Below are positions 47,785-57,437 of a stretch of 64,000 nt of DNA, in pieces. Both the position numbers and the translations under genes were made by a program. The notes beneath the pieces were generated by a model. The model did no database searches. It saw only the letters and a program-made list of their open reading frames with translations, and was not told the origin of the DNA. Source of the DNA: Bacilli bacterium. Lineage in GTDB: Bacteria > Bacillota_I > Bacilli_A > RFN20 > CAG-826. The stretch covers positions 88,151-152,150 of the forward strand of contig JAZQOV010000001.1 in the NCBI GenBank assembly GCA_045628045.1, in the 5' to 3' direction. Position 1 is the stretch's first letter, and every line of letters starts with the position of its first letter.

Positions 47785-49760
47785 TGGAACAAAGAAAGTT
47801 TGAATTAGTTTCTAACTATAAACCAACTGGTGACCAACCAACAGCTATCAAGAAACTTGTTGAAGGTATTAACGCCGGAAAGAAGATTCAGGTGTTGTTA
47901 GGTGCAACAGGAACCGGTAAAACTTTTACTGTTGGGAATGTTATTCAACAAGTGCAAAAACCTACCCTAGTTTTAGTACACAATAAAACGTTAGCAGCTC
48001 AATTATATGCGGAATTTCGCGAGCTTTTCCCGAATAATCGTGTCGAATACTTCGTTTCTAACTTCGATTTTTATCAACCAGAAGCCTATCTTCCAAAGAG
48101 CGATACTTACATCGATAAAAATGCTGTTATGAATGAAGAAATTGAAATGCTTAGAACCTCTGCAATCAATTCTGTTTTAGAAAGAAGTGACACTATTGTT
48201 GTTGGCTCTGTTGCATCGATCTATGGATTAACTGACCCAGATGAATATCGTCGTTTATTATTTGACGTTAGAGTAGGAGAAGTCCTTGATAGAAAAGCTT
48301 TTATCAACAAGCTAATTGATGCTCAATATCAACGTAATAATTTGGATATCAAACCTGGATATTTTAGAGTGCGTGGAGACATCATTGAGATTTGCCCTCC
48401 TATCTCTGATAACTTTGTTATAAGAATAGATACTTTTGGCGATGAAGTTGAAAGCATAAATAAAGTAGACATGCTTACTGGCGAAGTGAAGGAAAGTTAC
48501 AAAACTTATCCTATTTTTCCAGCATATGATCACGCCTCTACAAGAACAAGAATTGCAGACGCTGTTAAAACTATATCTGTTGAGTTAGAAGAGCGTTTGA
48601 AATTCTTTAAAGAGAACGGAAAATTGCTTGAAGCAGAACGCTTAGAAATGAGAACAAAACAAGACATGGAAAGTATGCTTGAATTTGGAATGTGCCCAGG
48701 AATTGAAAACTATTCAAGACACATTGATAAACGTGCTGCTGGTCAAAAACCATTCTCATTAATTGACTATTTTCCTAGGGATTTCCTAATGATAATTGAT
48801 GAATCTCACGTTTCTTTGCCTCAAGTTAGAGGAATGTATAATGGTGATAGATCAAGAAAAGAAACACTTGTTGAATATGGTTTCAGGCTTCCATCATCTC
48901 TTGATAATAGACCTTTAAATTTTGAAGAATTTGAATCACTCATGCCGCGAGTCATTTGTACATCAGCAACTCCTGGTGATTACGAAATGGAAAGATGCGG
49001 CGGAGAAGTTGTTGAACAAATTATTCGTCCTACAGGGCTTCTTGATCCAGAGATTGAAGTAAGAAAAACTTTAGGTCAAATTGATGACTTAATTTATGAA
49101 CTTAAAGAAAGAATCAAACGTGGCGAAAGAGCAATGGTTGTTACGCTAACAATAAAGATGGCGGAAGACCTTACCGATTTCTTAAAAGAAAGAGGAATTA
49201 AAGTTGCTTATTTGCATAACGAAACAAAGACTTTAGAAAGAACTGAAATCATTTACCAATTACGTAAAGGAAAATATGATGTTCTTGTTGGCATTAACTT
49301 GTTACGTGAAGGTCTTGATATTCCAGAAGTTTCATTGATTACAATTTTGGATGCTGATAAAGAAGGTTTCTTAAGATCCACTAGATCATTAATTCAAGTT
49401 ATTGGGCGAGCAGCAAGAAACGCAAATGGTAAAGTCATTATGTATGCTGACCATATGACGGATTCAATGAAGGCTGCAATCGAAGAAACAAATCGTAGAA
49501 GGACAATTCAAAAACGTTATAATGACGAGAACGGAATTATTCCAACAACAATTATAAAAGAGATTCGTTCACCTCTTGGAAATATCGAAAATAGCCAGGA
49601 AATCGCCAGTAAAATTAACAAACATTCGACAAAAAGTGAAATTGAACGAGAGATTAAAAAACTTGAATCTGATATGCGCGCTGCAGCAAAAGCTTATGAC
49701 TTTGAAAGGGCAGCCGAAATACGTGATATCGTATTTGAATTAAAAGCAAGTATCGAATAA
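47784..49760 (+). CDS. uvrB: Excinuclease ABC subunit B
   Basis: [30 protein letters not shown]-terminal UVR domain. Confidence 0.98.
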   Translation: MEQRKFELVSNYKPTGDQPTAIKKLVEGINAGKKIQVLLGATGTGKTFTVGNVIQQVQKPTLVLVHNKTLAAQLYAEFRELFPNNRVEYFVSNFDFYQPEAYLPKSDTYIDKNAVMNEEIEMLRTSAINSVLERSDTIVVGSVASIYGLTDPDEYRRLLFDVRVGEVLDRKAFINKLIDAQYQRNNLDIKPGYFRVRGDIIEICPPISDNFVIRIDTFGDEVESINKVDMLTGEVKESYKTYPIFPAYDHASTRTRIADAVKTISVELEERLKFFKENGKLLEAERLEMRTKQDMESMLEFGMCPGIENYSRHIDKRAAGQKPFSLIDYFPRDFLMIIDESHVSLPQVRGMYNGDRSRKETLVEYGFRLPSSLDNRPLNFEEFESLMPRVICTSATPGDYEMERCGGEVVEQIIRPTGLLDPEIEVRKTLGQIDDLIYELKERIKRGERAMVVTLTIKMAEDLTDFLKERGIKVAYLHNETKTLERTEIIYQLRKGKYDVLVGINLLREGLDIPEVSLITILDADKEGFLRSTRSLIQVIGRAARNANGKVIMYADHMTDSMKAAIEETNRRRTIQKRYNDENGIIPTTIIKEIRSPLGNIENSQEIASKINKHSTKSEIEREIKKLESDMRAAAKAYDFERAAEIRDIVFELKASIE

Positions 49761-49818
49761 AGCATTTGCTTTATAAATACTATTGTGATAACTTATTAAA
49801 GCAACAAAGGAGAAAATT

Positions 49819-50046
49819 ATGAAAGCATTAGCAATTATCTTCACTGTCGTTGGACTCTTACTTATTATCTTATCCTTGCTTCAAGGTGGCAAATCAGAGG
49901 GTGCTTCTGGCGCTATTACAGGTGGTGGCATGAACGTCTTCGTTAAAACTAAAGAAAGAGGATCTGAAAAGATTATTTCAATCTTAACATTTATCTTCGT
50001 TATCATCTTTATGTTCTTAGCCGTTTTGGCAAGTGTATTAGCATAA
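49819..50046 (+). CDS. secG: Preprotein translocase subunit SecG
   Basis: Two TM helices flanking LLQGGKSEGASGAITGG...KERG. Confidence 0.92.
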   Translation: MKALAIIFTVVGLLLIILSLLQGGKSEGASGAITGGGMNVFVKTKERGSEKIISILTFIFVIIFMFLAVLASVLA

Positions 50047-50060
50047 CTAAATAATTAATA

Positions 50061-50090
50061 AAGTATGCCTTTATGGGCATATTTTTATTT
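50061..50090 (+). terminator. Terminator after secG
   Basis: AAGTATGCCT-TTAT-GGGCATATTT followed by a T-rich tract. Confidence 0.65.
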
Positions 50091-50109
50091 ATAAAAAGGA
50101 GCAGACTAG

Positions 50110-51342
50110 ATGAAAAAATCAGTTTTAAAGAAATATGCAATGTTAATTGCAAAAGTTGGTGCGAATGTTCAAAAAGGACAATACGTTGAACTTACTGTAG
50201 ACGTAAACCAAGAAGAACTCGCAAATTTTATTGTTGAAGCATGCTATAAACTTGGTGCAAAACACGTAAAAGTTAGATGGACATCTGATAAAGTTGAAAA
50301 AACAACTTATAAGAAAGCATCACTTAAAGCACTCTGTGAATTTCCAAATTATGAAATTGAAAGACAAAAGTATTTAAATGATAAACTTCCATGCATGATT
50401 TATATTGAATCAAGTGACCCAGATGCATTAAATGGTGTGAATCAAGCAAAGTATACTGCGGTAAGACGTAGCAATATGCAAATTATTAAACCATTTAGAA
50501 ATATTAGAGAAAATAAATATCAATGGGTTATTGCTGGTGCCGCATCTCCAGCATGGGCAAAGAAGGTTTTCCCAGGAGTTCCTACTAAAAAAGCAGTTAA
50601 TATGCTTTGGGAAGCTATTTTAAAAACATCAAGATGCGCTGAAGGTCAAGATGGCATTGAAGAATGGAATAAACACAATGCCGATTTAAAGAAAAGATAC
50701 GAATATCTTAATAGCTTAAAATTAGATTATCTTCACTACAAATCAAAGAATGGAACAAACTTTAAAGTTTGGTTAAACCCACTTTGTAATTGGCAAGGTG
50801 GTGGAGAATATGGACAAGAATCAAGAATTTACTTTAATCCAAATATTCCATCTGAAGAAGTATTTACTTCTCCTTTAGCAGGCAAGGCAGAAGGTGTTGT
50901 TTTCTCAACAAAACCACTTTCATTCCAAGGTCAATTAATTGAGAAATTCTCAATTACATTTAAAGATGGCAAAGTTGTTAAGGTAAAAGCTGAAAAAGGC
51001 CAAGAATCCCTTGAAGAAATGGTAAATCTTGATGAAGGTGCAAAAAGACTCGGCGAAGTCGCACTTGTTCCATTTGAATCACCAATTAATGAAACAGGAT
51101 TACTTTTCTGCAATACATTATATGATGAAAATGCTGTTTGCCATTTAGCATTAGGACATGGTTTTACAAACCTTATTAAAGGTTACGAAAAATATACCCA
51201 AGAAGAATTATTCAAAATGGGTGTTAATGACTCTAATCTCCACGTTGATTTCATGATTGGATCAAGAGATTTATCAATCACAGGTTATACAAAAGAAGGG
51301 AAAAAGGTGCAAATCTTTAAAAACGGCACCTGGGCGTTCTAA
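50110..51342 (+). CDS. Aminopeptidase, M29 (AmpS/PepS) family
   Basis: PNIPSEEVFT, LGEVALV, TLYDENAVCHLALG, HVDFMIG. Confidence 0.93.
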   Translation: MKKSVLKKYAMLIAKVGANVQKGQYVELTVDVNQEELANFIVEACYKLGAKHVKVRWTSDKVEKTTYKKASLKALCEFPNYEIERQKYLNDKLPCMIYIESSDPDALNGVNQAKYTAVRRSNMQIIKPFRNIRENKYQWVIAGAASPAWAKKVFPGVPTKKAVNMLWEAILKTSRCAEGQDGIEEWNKHNADLKKRYEYLNSLKLDYLHYKSKNGTNFKVWLNPLCNWQGGGEYGQESRIYFNPNIPSEEVFTSPLAGKAEGVVFSTKPLSFQGQLIEKFSITFKDGKVVKVKAEKGQESLEEMVNLDEGAKRLGEVALVPFESPINETGLLFCNTLYDENAVCHLALGHGFTNLIKGYEKYTQEELFKMGVNDSNLHVDFMIGSRDLSITGYTKEGKKVQIFKNGTWAF

Positions 51343-52187
51343 TGAAACTCTTAGAAATCCTACAACATCGATTTGCTGAAACGCCACAACCTTATGGCTG
51401 GTTTCATATTCTCTTTTTGGTAATTATTTTCGCTGGAGTTGTTTTATTTACCATTTTCTTTAGAAATGCTGATGATAAGAAATTCAGAAAATTAATTTTT
51501 ATAATTTGGTTAATTTTAATTATTCTTGAGCTTTATAAGGAACTCACATTTAGACACGATTGGGTTTTTGATGAAAACGGAAAGGTATTAGAAGTAACTT
51601 ATAATTGGTATGCATTCCCATATCAATTCTGTTCTACTCCATTTTATATCTTGCCATTTATTGTTTTCTTACCTGATGGAAAAGTTAGAAACGCAATGAT
51701 GTCTTATGTTTCAACCTTTGTCATGATTGCAGGTTTATTAGTTACATTCTTCCCAGTTGATGTGTTTGTTAGGCAAATAGGAATCTGCATTCAAACAATG
51801 GTTCAACACGGATTCCAAATCGTTCTTGGAGTGTTAATAACCGTGAGGAATCGCGAAAAACTACGTGATTTCCGCAGTATTTTAAAGTATTTGTATCCGG
51901 GAATTATTGTATTTGCTTGTATGGCAAGCATTGCAATTGGGCTTAATGAACTTGTCTATCACACTGGTATTGCTAATGGTGAAACATTCAATATGTTCTT
52001 CATCTCGAAACATTATCCTTGCACATTAGTAATTTTAAGTAGTATTTACAAGATGGTTCCGTATGCAGCATTCCTACCAATTTATTTATTAGGGTTCTCA
52101 CTTGCAGCGTTTGTAATTATAATGGCGCAGGCTGGTGTAATGAAACTTGTAGAAATCATTAATATTAAAAAATCCCAACGCTCATAA
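51342..52187 (+). CDS. YwaF/TMEM164-like integral membrane protein
   Basis: YGWFH, PYQFCS, H-containing helix, NMFFI; about 7 TM segments. Confidence 0.65.
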   Translation: MKLLEILQHRFAETPQPYGWFHILFLVIIFAGVVLFTIFFRNADDKKFRKLIFIIWLILIILELYKELTFRHDWVFDENGKVLEVTYNWYAFPYQFCSTPFYILPFIVFLPDGKVRNAMMSYVSTFVMIAGLLVTFFPVDVFVRQIGICIQTMVQHGFQIVLGVLITVRNREKLRDFRSILKYLYPGIIVFACMASIAIGLNELVYHTGIANGETFNMFFISKHYPCTLVILSSIYKMVPYAAFLPIYLLGFSLAAFVIIMAQAGVMKLVEIINIKKSQRS

Positions 52188-52499
52188 GTTGGGATTTTCT
52201 ATATCAATTATTTGATTAAATTTAAGTTTTCCATCTTCTAAGATTACTTGTCTATTATCTATATCAATTCTTTTAAGTGCGGACTCTACTATGTAGAAGT
52301 AACCATCATAATAAAATTTAATTTTAAGAATCTGCCCTCTTTTTGTGTTTGTTAATATGTAATTAATCTTTCCAATTTGGTCATCTTCGAGAATTGGTTT
52401 ATCAACTTTATTTCTTTTATATCTCATTTCTTCCAAACAGGTAGCTTGTTCAATCAGAGATGCATAAGGAGCCCATTTTTTCATTCCACGATCGCTCAT
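52182..52499 (-). CDS. YolD-like protein
   Basis: DRGMKKWAPY.SL signature; directly downstream of a Y-family polymerase. Confidence 0.88.
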   Translation of the reverse strand: MSDRGMKKWAPYASLIEQATCLEEMRYKRNKVDKPILEDDQIGKINYILTNTKRGQILKIKFYYDGYFYIVESALKRIDIDNRQVILEDGKLKFNQIIDIENPNL

Positions 52500-53740
52500 C
52501 TATGATGCCCTCCTATTTGATTATGCCTTTCCTTAGCAGTGCTTTCTTCTAATAAAGATGACGCGCGTAAGATAGAGTTTTTCCCATACTTTCTTTTAAG
52601 ATTATCGATTGCCTTTGTCATGTCACGTTTAGTTAAATCTTCTTTTCCGATTTCAAATAAATTAAGTTGTTCGTATCCGCCTGACTCTAGTTGAGAAAAT
52701 GTTATATAAAGTCGGCGAATCTTGTGATTTCCCACGTATTTCTCGTATATTTTCAAGATATCTTCGTATAATTTGTCAGTATCATCAATTGGATAATCAA
52801 GAGTAACTTGGTGGGAAAAACCTCCGCCTTCTGAAACAGTGTAACCACAAGCGACACCAATTCTTCTTGTCATTTTTCCGTGTTCTCTAAGTCTCATTGA
52901 AAGGTCATCATTCATTTCTTTTAAAATGAGTTTAGCTTCTTCTTTGTTATAGTCTCTATAAAGAACTTGGCCAAGAGAAAGTGAAGTATCTTGAGGAATG
53001 TATTTATCTCTAATGTTTGTGTTATCGATTCCGTTTGCGTGTTCCCAGAGTTGTTCGCCCATAACACCAAACTTCTGTTTTAACAAATTTTTATCAGCGT
53101 TTGCGAGTTGACCAACAGTTTCAATTCCCATCGCATTAAGTTTAGCCTCATATCCAAAGGATATTCCCCACATTTTTGTAAGTGGTGTAATCTTCCAAAG
53201 TTTATTCTTAACGTCACTTTTACCCCATTGAGCAACATAAGGAGCTCTTTTCTTGGCATCTGTGTCTAATGCAACTTTTGCCATTAGCATATTGTAGGAA
53301 ATCCCAGCAGTTGTAATTAAACCTGTTTTTGCAGTAATTGCCTTTTGAATTTTCCTAACAAGTTGATATGGCGTACATTCGTATGCTTTTAGGTAAGGGC
53401 CTAAATTTACAAAAAATTCATCTATTGAATAGATGTGAATGTCATCTTCGGCGATATAATTGAGAACAATTGATATAATTTCTGCACTTTTTTGGACATA
53501 AAGTGCCATTCTTGGTTGGGCAAGTATTAGACCTTCGATTTTTGGAAGATCTCTTCTTCTACATCTTGAAGGAACACCTTGATCTTTTAAAAACGGTGAA
53601 ACAGATAAAACAATAGTGCCATCCCCGCGAGTTGGGTCGCACACTACAAGTGGAGTGGTGAAAGGATTAAGATTTCTTTCTACGCATTCTATGAATGCAT
53701 AAAAAGCTTTCATGTCTATTACCGCTATATGCTTTTCCAT
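52496..53740 (-). CDS. Y-family DNA polymerase (UmuC/YqjW-like)
   Basis: IDMKAFYA, YSIDE, MAKVALD, MWGI, C-terminal IGGH. Confidence 0.92.
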   Translation of the reverse strand: MEKHIAVIDMKAFYAFIECVERNLNPFTTPLVVCDPTRGDGTIVLSVSPFLKDQGVPSRCRRRDLPKIEGLILAQPRMALYVQKSAEIISIVLNYIAEDDIHIYSIDEFFVNLGPYLKAYECTPYQLVRKIQKAITAKTGLITTAGISYNMLMAKVALDTDAKKRAPYVAQWGKSDVKNKLWKITPLTKMWGISFGYEAKLNAMGIETVGQLANADKNLLKQKFGVMGEQLWEHANGIDNTNIRDKYIPQDTSLSLGQVLYRDYNKEEAKLILKEMNDDLSMRLREHGKMTRRIGVACGYTVSEGGGFSHQVTLDYPIDDTDKLYEDILKIYEKYVGNHKIRRLYITFSQLESGGYEQLNLFEIGKEDLTKRDMTKAIDNLKRKYGKNSILRASSLLEESTAKERHNQIGGHHR

Positions 53741-53861
53741 ACAATTATTCTACCTTGTTTCGTGTGAATTATTAATTAATTTTATTTACTTTTGATTTTT
53801 TGAATTACTAATACAAAAAACTTATGGAAATAGTTATAATAAATAAAAGCGAGGTGTTTTT

Positions 53862-55076
53862 ATGGAAATTGCAATCATTATTTTATTATCGGTTTTATTA
53901 GTCTTAGGTGTAGTACTCCTAGTACTTCTTTTAACTAAAAAGAGTTCTGGTGGTGTAAATACTCAAGATATGAGCGATGTTAAAGCTCAAATCGGCACAG
54001 TTGATAAGCTTGTTGAGGCCAAAATGGAAAAAGTCATGAGCGAATCAATGAGAAAATTAACAAAAGACTTCGCTGAAAATACCACAAAATCATCTCAAAA
54101 CTTAAATCATTTCCAAGGTGAAATCACCGAAGCTTTCACAAAAAGAATGGAAGCTTTAAATAAACAACTTGAGGAAAAAATGGCAGCACTTGATAAGAAA
54201 GTTGATGACAAACTTAAGGAAGGCTTTAAAGGCACCTCTGAAACCATGTCTCAAGTTAGGGAAAGACTTCAAGCCATTAATGAAGCTCAAAAACAAATGG
54301 AAGGCCTTGGAAAAGAGGTTGTTTCCTTAAAAGGAATCCTCGAAGGCAACCAAACGAGAGGCCAATATGGCGAATATCAACTCCGTATGGTCTTAAATAA
54401 CGTTTTTGGAGATACAATTGGCTGTTATGAAGAGCAATATACATTAAAGAAAGCCAAAGATGGCGATGATGTTCGCGCAGACGCAGTTGTTTTCATGCCT
54501 GAGCCAAATAAAATGATCGCTATTGACTCAAAATTCCCATTCCAAGATTATAAACGCATCTTTGATGCGACTAGTGATGAAGAAAAAGAAGAATTGAAGA
54601 AATCTTTTGCTGCAGCTGTTAAAAAACACATTACCGTTATTAAAGAAAAATACATTATTGAGGGCAAAACTGCTCCAGAAGCATTAATGTTTATTCCAAA
54701 TGATGGTGTTTTTGCCTATATTCATCATGAATTACAAGATGTGGTGGACTACGCAAGAGAAAAGAAGGTTATTTTAACTTCTCCTTCAACTTTATCTCCA
54801 ATTCTTGTAACCATTAATATGGTTAGAATCGAAGCAGAGAGATCAAAGAATGCTCAAGAAATTACAAAGCACTTAAATATGCTTGGAAAACAATTCGAAC
54901 TCTTTGGAAGAGAATGGGATTCGTTATCAACTCAACTCGAAAGAGCTTCAAAGGCTAAAGATAAACTTGATACAAGAGTTACAAGAATTAGTTCTAGATT
55001 TTCATCAATTTCTGGCAGCGATGTTCAACAAATTGAAGAAATGCCAGACGAAATTGTCGAGACAAACGAAGATTAA
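53862..55076 (+). CDS. rmuC: DNA recombination protein RmuC
   Basis: N-terminal TM, coiled coil, RGQYGE, IDSKFP, MFIPND, SPSTL. Confidence 0.92.
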   Translation: MEIAIIILLSVLLVLGVVLLVLLLTKKSSGGVNTQDMSDVKAQIGTVDKLVEAKMEKVMSESMRKLTKDFAENTTKSSQNLNHFQGEITEAFTKRMEALNKQLEEKMAALDKKVDDKLKEGFKGTSETMSQVRERLQAINEAQKQMEGLGKEVVSLKGILEGNQTRGQYGEYQLRMVLNNVFGDTIGCYEEQYTLKKAKDGDDVRADAVVFMPEPNKMIAIDSKFPFQDYKRIFDATSDEEKEELKKSFAAAVKKHITVIKEKYIIEGKTAPEALMFIPNDGVFAYIHHELQDVVDYAREKKVILTSPSTLSPILVTINMVRIEAERSKNAQEITKHLNMLGKQFELFGREWDSLSTQLERASKAKDKLDTRVTRISSRFSSISGSDVQQIEEMPDEIVETNED

Positions 55077-55117
55077 TTATTGAATTAATGGCCAATATAA
55101 TTAAAATATTGGCTTAT

Positions 55118-55193
55118 GGGCCTGTAGCTCAGCTGGGAGAGCGCCTCGTTCGCAACGAGGAGGTCACCGGTTCAAACCCGGCCAGGTCCACCA
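55118..55193 (+). tRNA. tRNA-Ala(CGC)
   Basis: 76-nt cloverleaf; acceptor GGGCCTG/CAGGTCC with G3:U70; anticodon arm CCTCG-TTCGCAA-CGAGG; GTTCAA T-loop; encoded CCA. Confidence 0.96.
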
Positions 55194-55204
55194 TTTATTT
55201 ATTT

Positions 55205-55229
55205 GTGTGCACCCATTGCACACTTTTTT
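55205..55229 (+). terminator. tRNA terminator
   Basis: GTGTGCA-CCCAT-TGCACAC followed by a T tract. Confidence 0.85.
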
Positions 55230-55267
55230 AATTTTACACGTACTTTTAAATGTTATATATTAAAAAT

Positions 55268-55681
55268 ATGAGAAAACCATTTCTATTAATTCCTTTATTT
55301 TCTTGTTTGACTTTTTCTTCATGTAAATACTCTCCATCATGGATTAAATATAGAAATAAGTATTCTGCAACATCATTTGTAGTAAATTCTTCTAAAAATA
55401 ATGGATCAATAAAATTTAAAACCTTTGATGGGAGATATGTTCTTAACCTAAAGAAAATAAGCAAAGGCGAAGCTGATATTTCATATACCGCTAAGTTAGA
55501 AAGTGGCAGTTTGAAAGTTATGTACGTCTATGTTGGTGTTGAATGCCCTTTATTTACTATTAATGGTGGTGAGGAACTAAACGATAAGAATGGATATCTT
55601 GATGGGAATGCCACTTATTACTTTATAATAGATTCATTAGAACCTTGTAAGAATGGGGAAATAACAATAACGATAAATTAA
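55268..55681 (+). CDS. Hypothetical beta-rich lipoprotein
   Basis: Signal MRKPFLLIPLFSCLTFSSC (lipobox); TTTACA-17-TATATT-6-ATG promoter. Confidence 0.7.
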   Translation: MRKPFLLIPLFSCLTFSSCKYSPSWIKYRNKYSATSFVVNSSKNNGSIKFKTFDGRYVLNLKKISKGEADISYTAKLESGSLKVMYVYVGVECPLFTINGGEELNDKNGYLDGNATYYFIIDSLEPCKNGEITITIN

Positions 55682-55683
55682 AA

Positions 55684-55712
55684 GCCGACCATTGCTGATC
55701 GGCCTTCTTTTT
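55684..55712. terminator. Probable terminator between convergent genes
   Basis: GCCGA...TCGGC stem followed by CTTCTTTTT. Confidence 0.55.
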
Positions 55713-55723
55713 AGTCAATTAGA

Positions 55724-57421
55724 TTATTTAAGATCTTTAACGTGGTTGTGTTCAACAACTTCGCCTTGGACTAAACCATCTTTCTTTGCACAATCGCCAA
55801 TTAAGACTTTTGCTCTACGAACAGAAAGTGGTGATTTAACTTTGAAGACAAATGGTGTTTCTTTATGAGCAACCATCTTTGATGCGTCATCAAATGGGAA
55901 TGTAGAATCTTTATAATCTTTTGGATTTAATGCTAAGTAGAGTTTTAATCCTTTACCAGCAATAACCATCTTTACATATTCTTTAGTATGAAGTCTGAAT
56001 GTATCACCTGTGCCTGAGACACGTGATTTAATACCATAAGAGAGAACTTCACTCTTTAATTCGTTGTAAGCAGCTTTAATTTCTTTATCTGCTTTGTTCA
56101 TTCTAACTCCGAATGGAACGAATTCAGCTTTTTCTTTTGGTTTTGCAGCAACAACTGGTTCAGGTTTAACTTCAACAACTGGAGCTGGTTTTACAACTGG
56201 AGCTGGTTTTACAACTGGTTTCTTCTCTGCAACTGGTTCTGCTACAGGTTCTTTAACTGGTTCAACAACTTTGAAGAGTTCTTCTTGTTTTGGTTCTTCC
56301 TCTTCTTTTGGTTGACCTGGTTCACGTCTTGTAGCAAGTCTGTATGTAAATAAGATAAGAATGTAAATGAAGATATTTGCAAAGCAAATGATTGTGCCGA
56401 GTGGGAAGAAACTCTTAACAGCGACAGAAATGATAACAACAAGAACACAGATAAGGATCAATATAATTGTTGAGATAATATTGAAGCTATTTGATTTTGC
56501 ATATGTTTTCTTTTCGTTTTCTTCAGCAAGTTCGTTTTCTTTTAAGATTGCTTTTGCTTCTGCAATCTTATTTGCTTCACGTTCTGCATGTCTTCTTTCA
56601 GCTTCAGCTTTACGTTTTCCTTTATTTTCTTGACGCATATCTTTGCCATCACGAACACAAAGAAGGGTAACGCCTTCAATTTTCTTAACTTTAACTACGT
56701 CACCTGCTTTAAGTTTTTCATATGGAAAGAATGCTTTAACTTGCCAATCAACATCGCCAATTTGACCTCTAGCTGGGCGATCACCAATAGCATCTTGAAT
56801 AATTTTAATCTTTTGGCCAATAATTGGATCAGTATTGGTGAGATGTTTTCTCTCATTCTTTCTGTGTCTAAATTGAATTTTTGGGACAATGATACCAAAA
56901 AGAGGTCCGATTATAATAAATACAACAAGAGGAATAATTGTTGTCTTGAGTGCAGTTAAAAGAACTTGAGAATTATTAGTATCTACAATTTCTTGTGTAA
57001 TTTCTGCGCCTTTTTCGACACCAAGAGTAACGCCATCATACGAGAAAATTGAAACATATGATTTGTCAATGTATACCTTAATTGATTCAAGTAATCCGTT
57101 GCTAAAGATTGGAGCTAAAATAAGGCCGATTATAGATGCAATAAGCCACCAAGCTGCCCCTCTTTTATTGAAATAAAGATTTAAAATACCTGAAACAATT
57201 CCAATAGCTGAGAATAAAATCCATAATCCTCCTAGGACCCAGTAACCTTCAACAATAGCAACAATTCCTAAAGCAATGTCTATAGCAATGCTGAATAGTG
57301 CTAATGGGCGACTGCGGAGCAAAATGAATAATAAGCACGCAAGAATTCCTGCTGCCACGCCAAAATTAAGTAAGGCAAAGGCCGGTGTGCTTTCGAATAC
57401 TCCAAATGTTAATAAAGACAT
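55724..57421 (-). CDS. NfeD-domain multidomain membrane protein with Pro-rich linker and unknown C-terminal domain
   Basis: About five N-terminal TM helices; NfeD-like OB domain (IIGQK...GDVDWQV...GDVVKVKKIEGVTLLC); two further TM helices; KPAPVV repeats. Confidence 0.75.
   Translation of the reverse strand: MSLLTFGVFESTPAFALLNFGVAAGILACLLFILLRSRPLALFSIAIDIALGIVAIVEGYWVLGGLWILFSAIGIVSGILNLYFNKRGAAWWLIASIIGLILAPIFSNGLLESIKVYIDKSYVSIFSYDGVTLGVEKGAEITQEIVDTNNSQVLLTALKTTIIPLVVFIIIGPLFGIIVPKIQFRHRKNERKHLTNTDPIIGQKIKIIQDAIGDRPARGQIGDVDWQVKAFFPYEKLKAGDVVKVKKIEGVTLLCVRDGKDMRQENKGKRKAEAERRHAEREANKIAEAKAILKENELAEENEKKTYAKSNSFNIISTIILILICVLVVIISVAVKSFFPLGTIICFANIFIYILILFTYRLATRREPGQPKEEEEPKQEELFKVVEPVKEPVAEPVAEKKPVVKPAPVVKPAPVVEVKPEPVVAAKPKEKAEFVPFGVRMNKADKEIKAAYNELKSEVLSYGIKSRVSGTGDTFRLHTKEYVKMVIAGKGLKLYLALNPKDYKDSTFPFDDASKMVAHKETPFVFKVKSPLSVRRAKVLIGDCAKKDGLVQGEVVEHNHVKDLK
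56175..56218. repeat. 18-bp in-frame tandem repeat (about 2.4 copies) encoding KPAPVV
   Basis: ACAACTGGAGCTGGTTTT twice, then ACAACTGG. Confidence 0.85.
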
Positions 57422-57437
57422 AATAATTCCTCCTTTA

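Noticed and set aside
133-49760. Sense-codon reassignment (AGG to Met or CGG to Trp, reported in some uncultured Bacilli) or TGA read as Trp
   Set aside because: AGG encodes conserved Arg in UvrB GFRLP and ComFA GRVGRK. CGG at 43253 sits at a conserved ComFA Arg. Conserved Met and Trp use ATG and TGG. TGA ends yaaA, psuG and dnaX, and prfB is present. CGG is rare, so that check rests on few codons.
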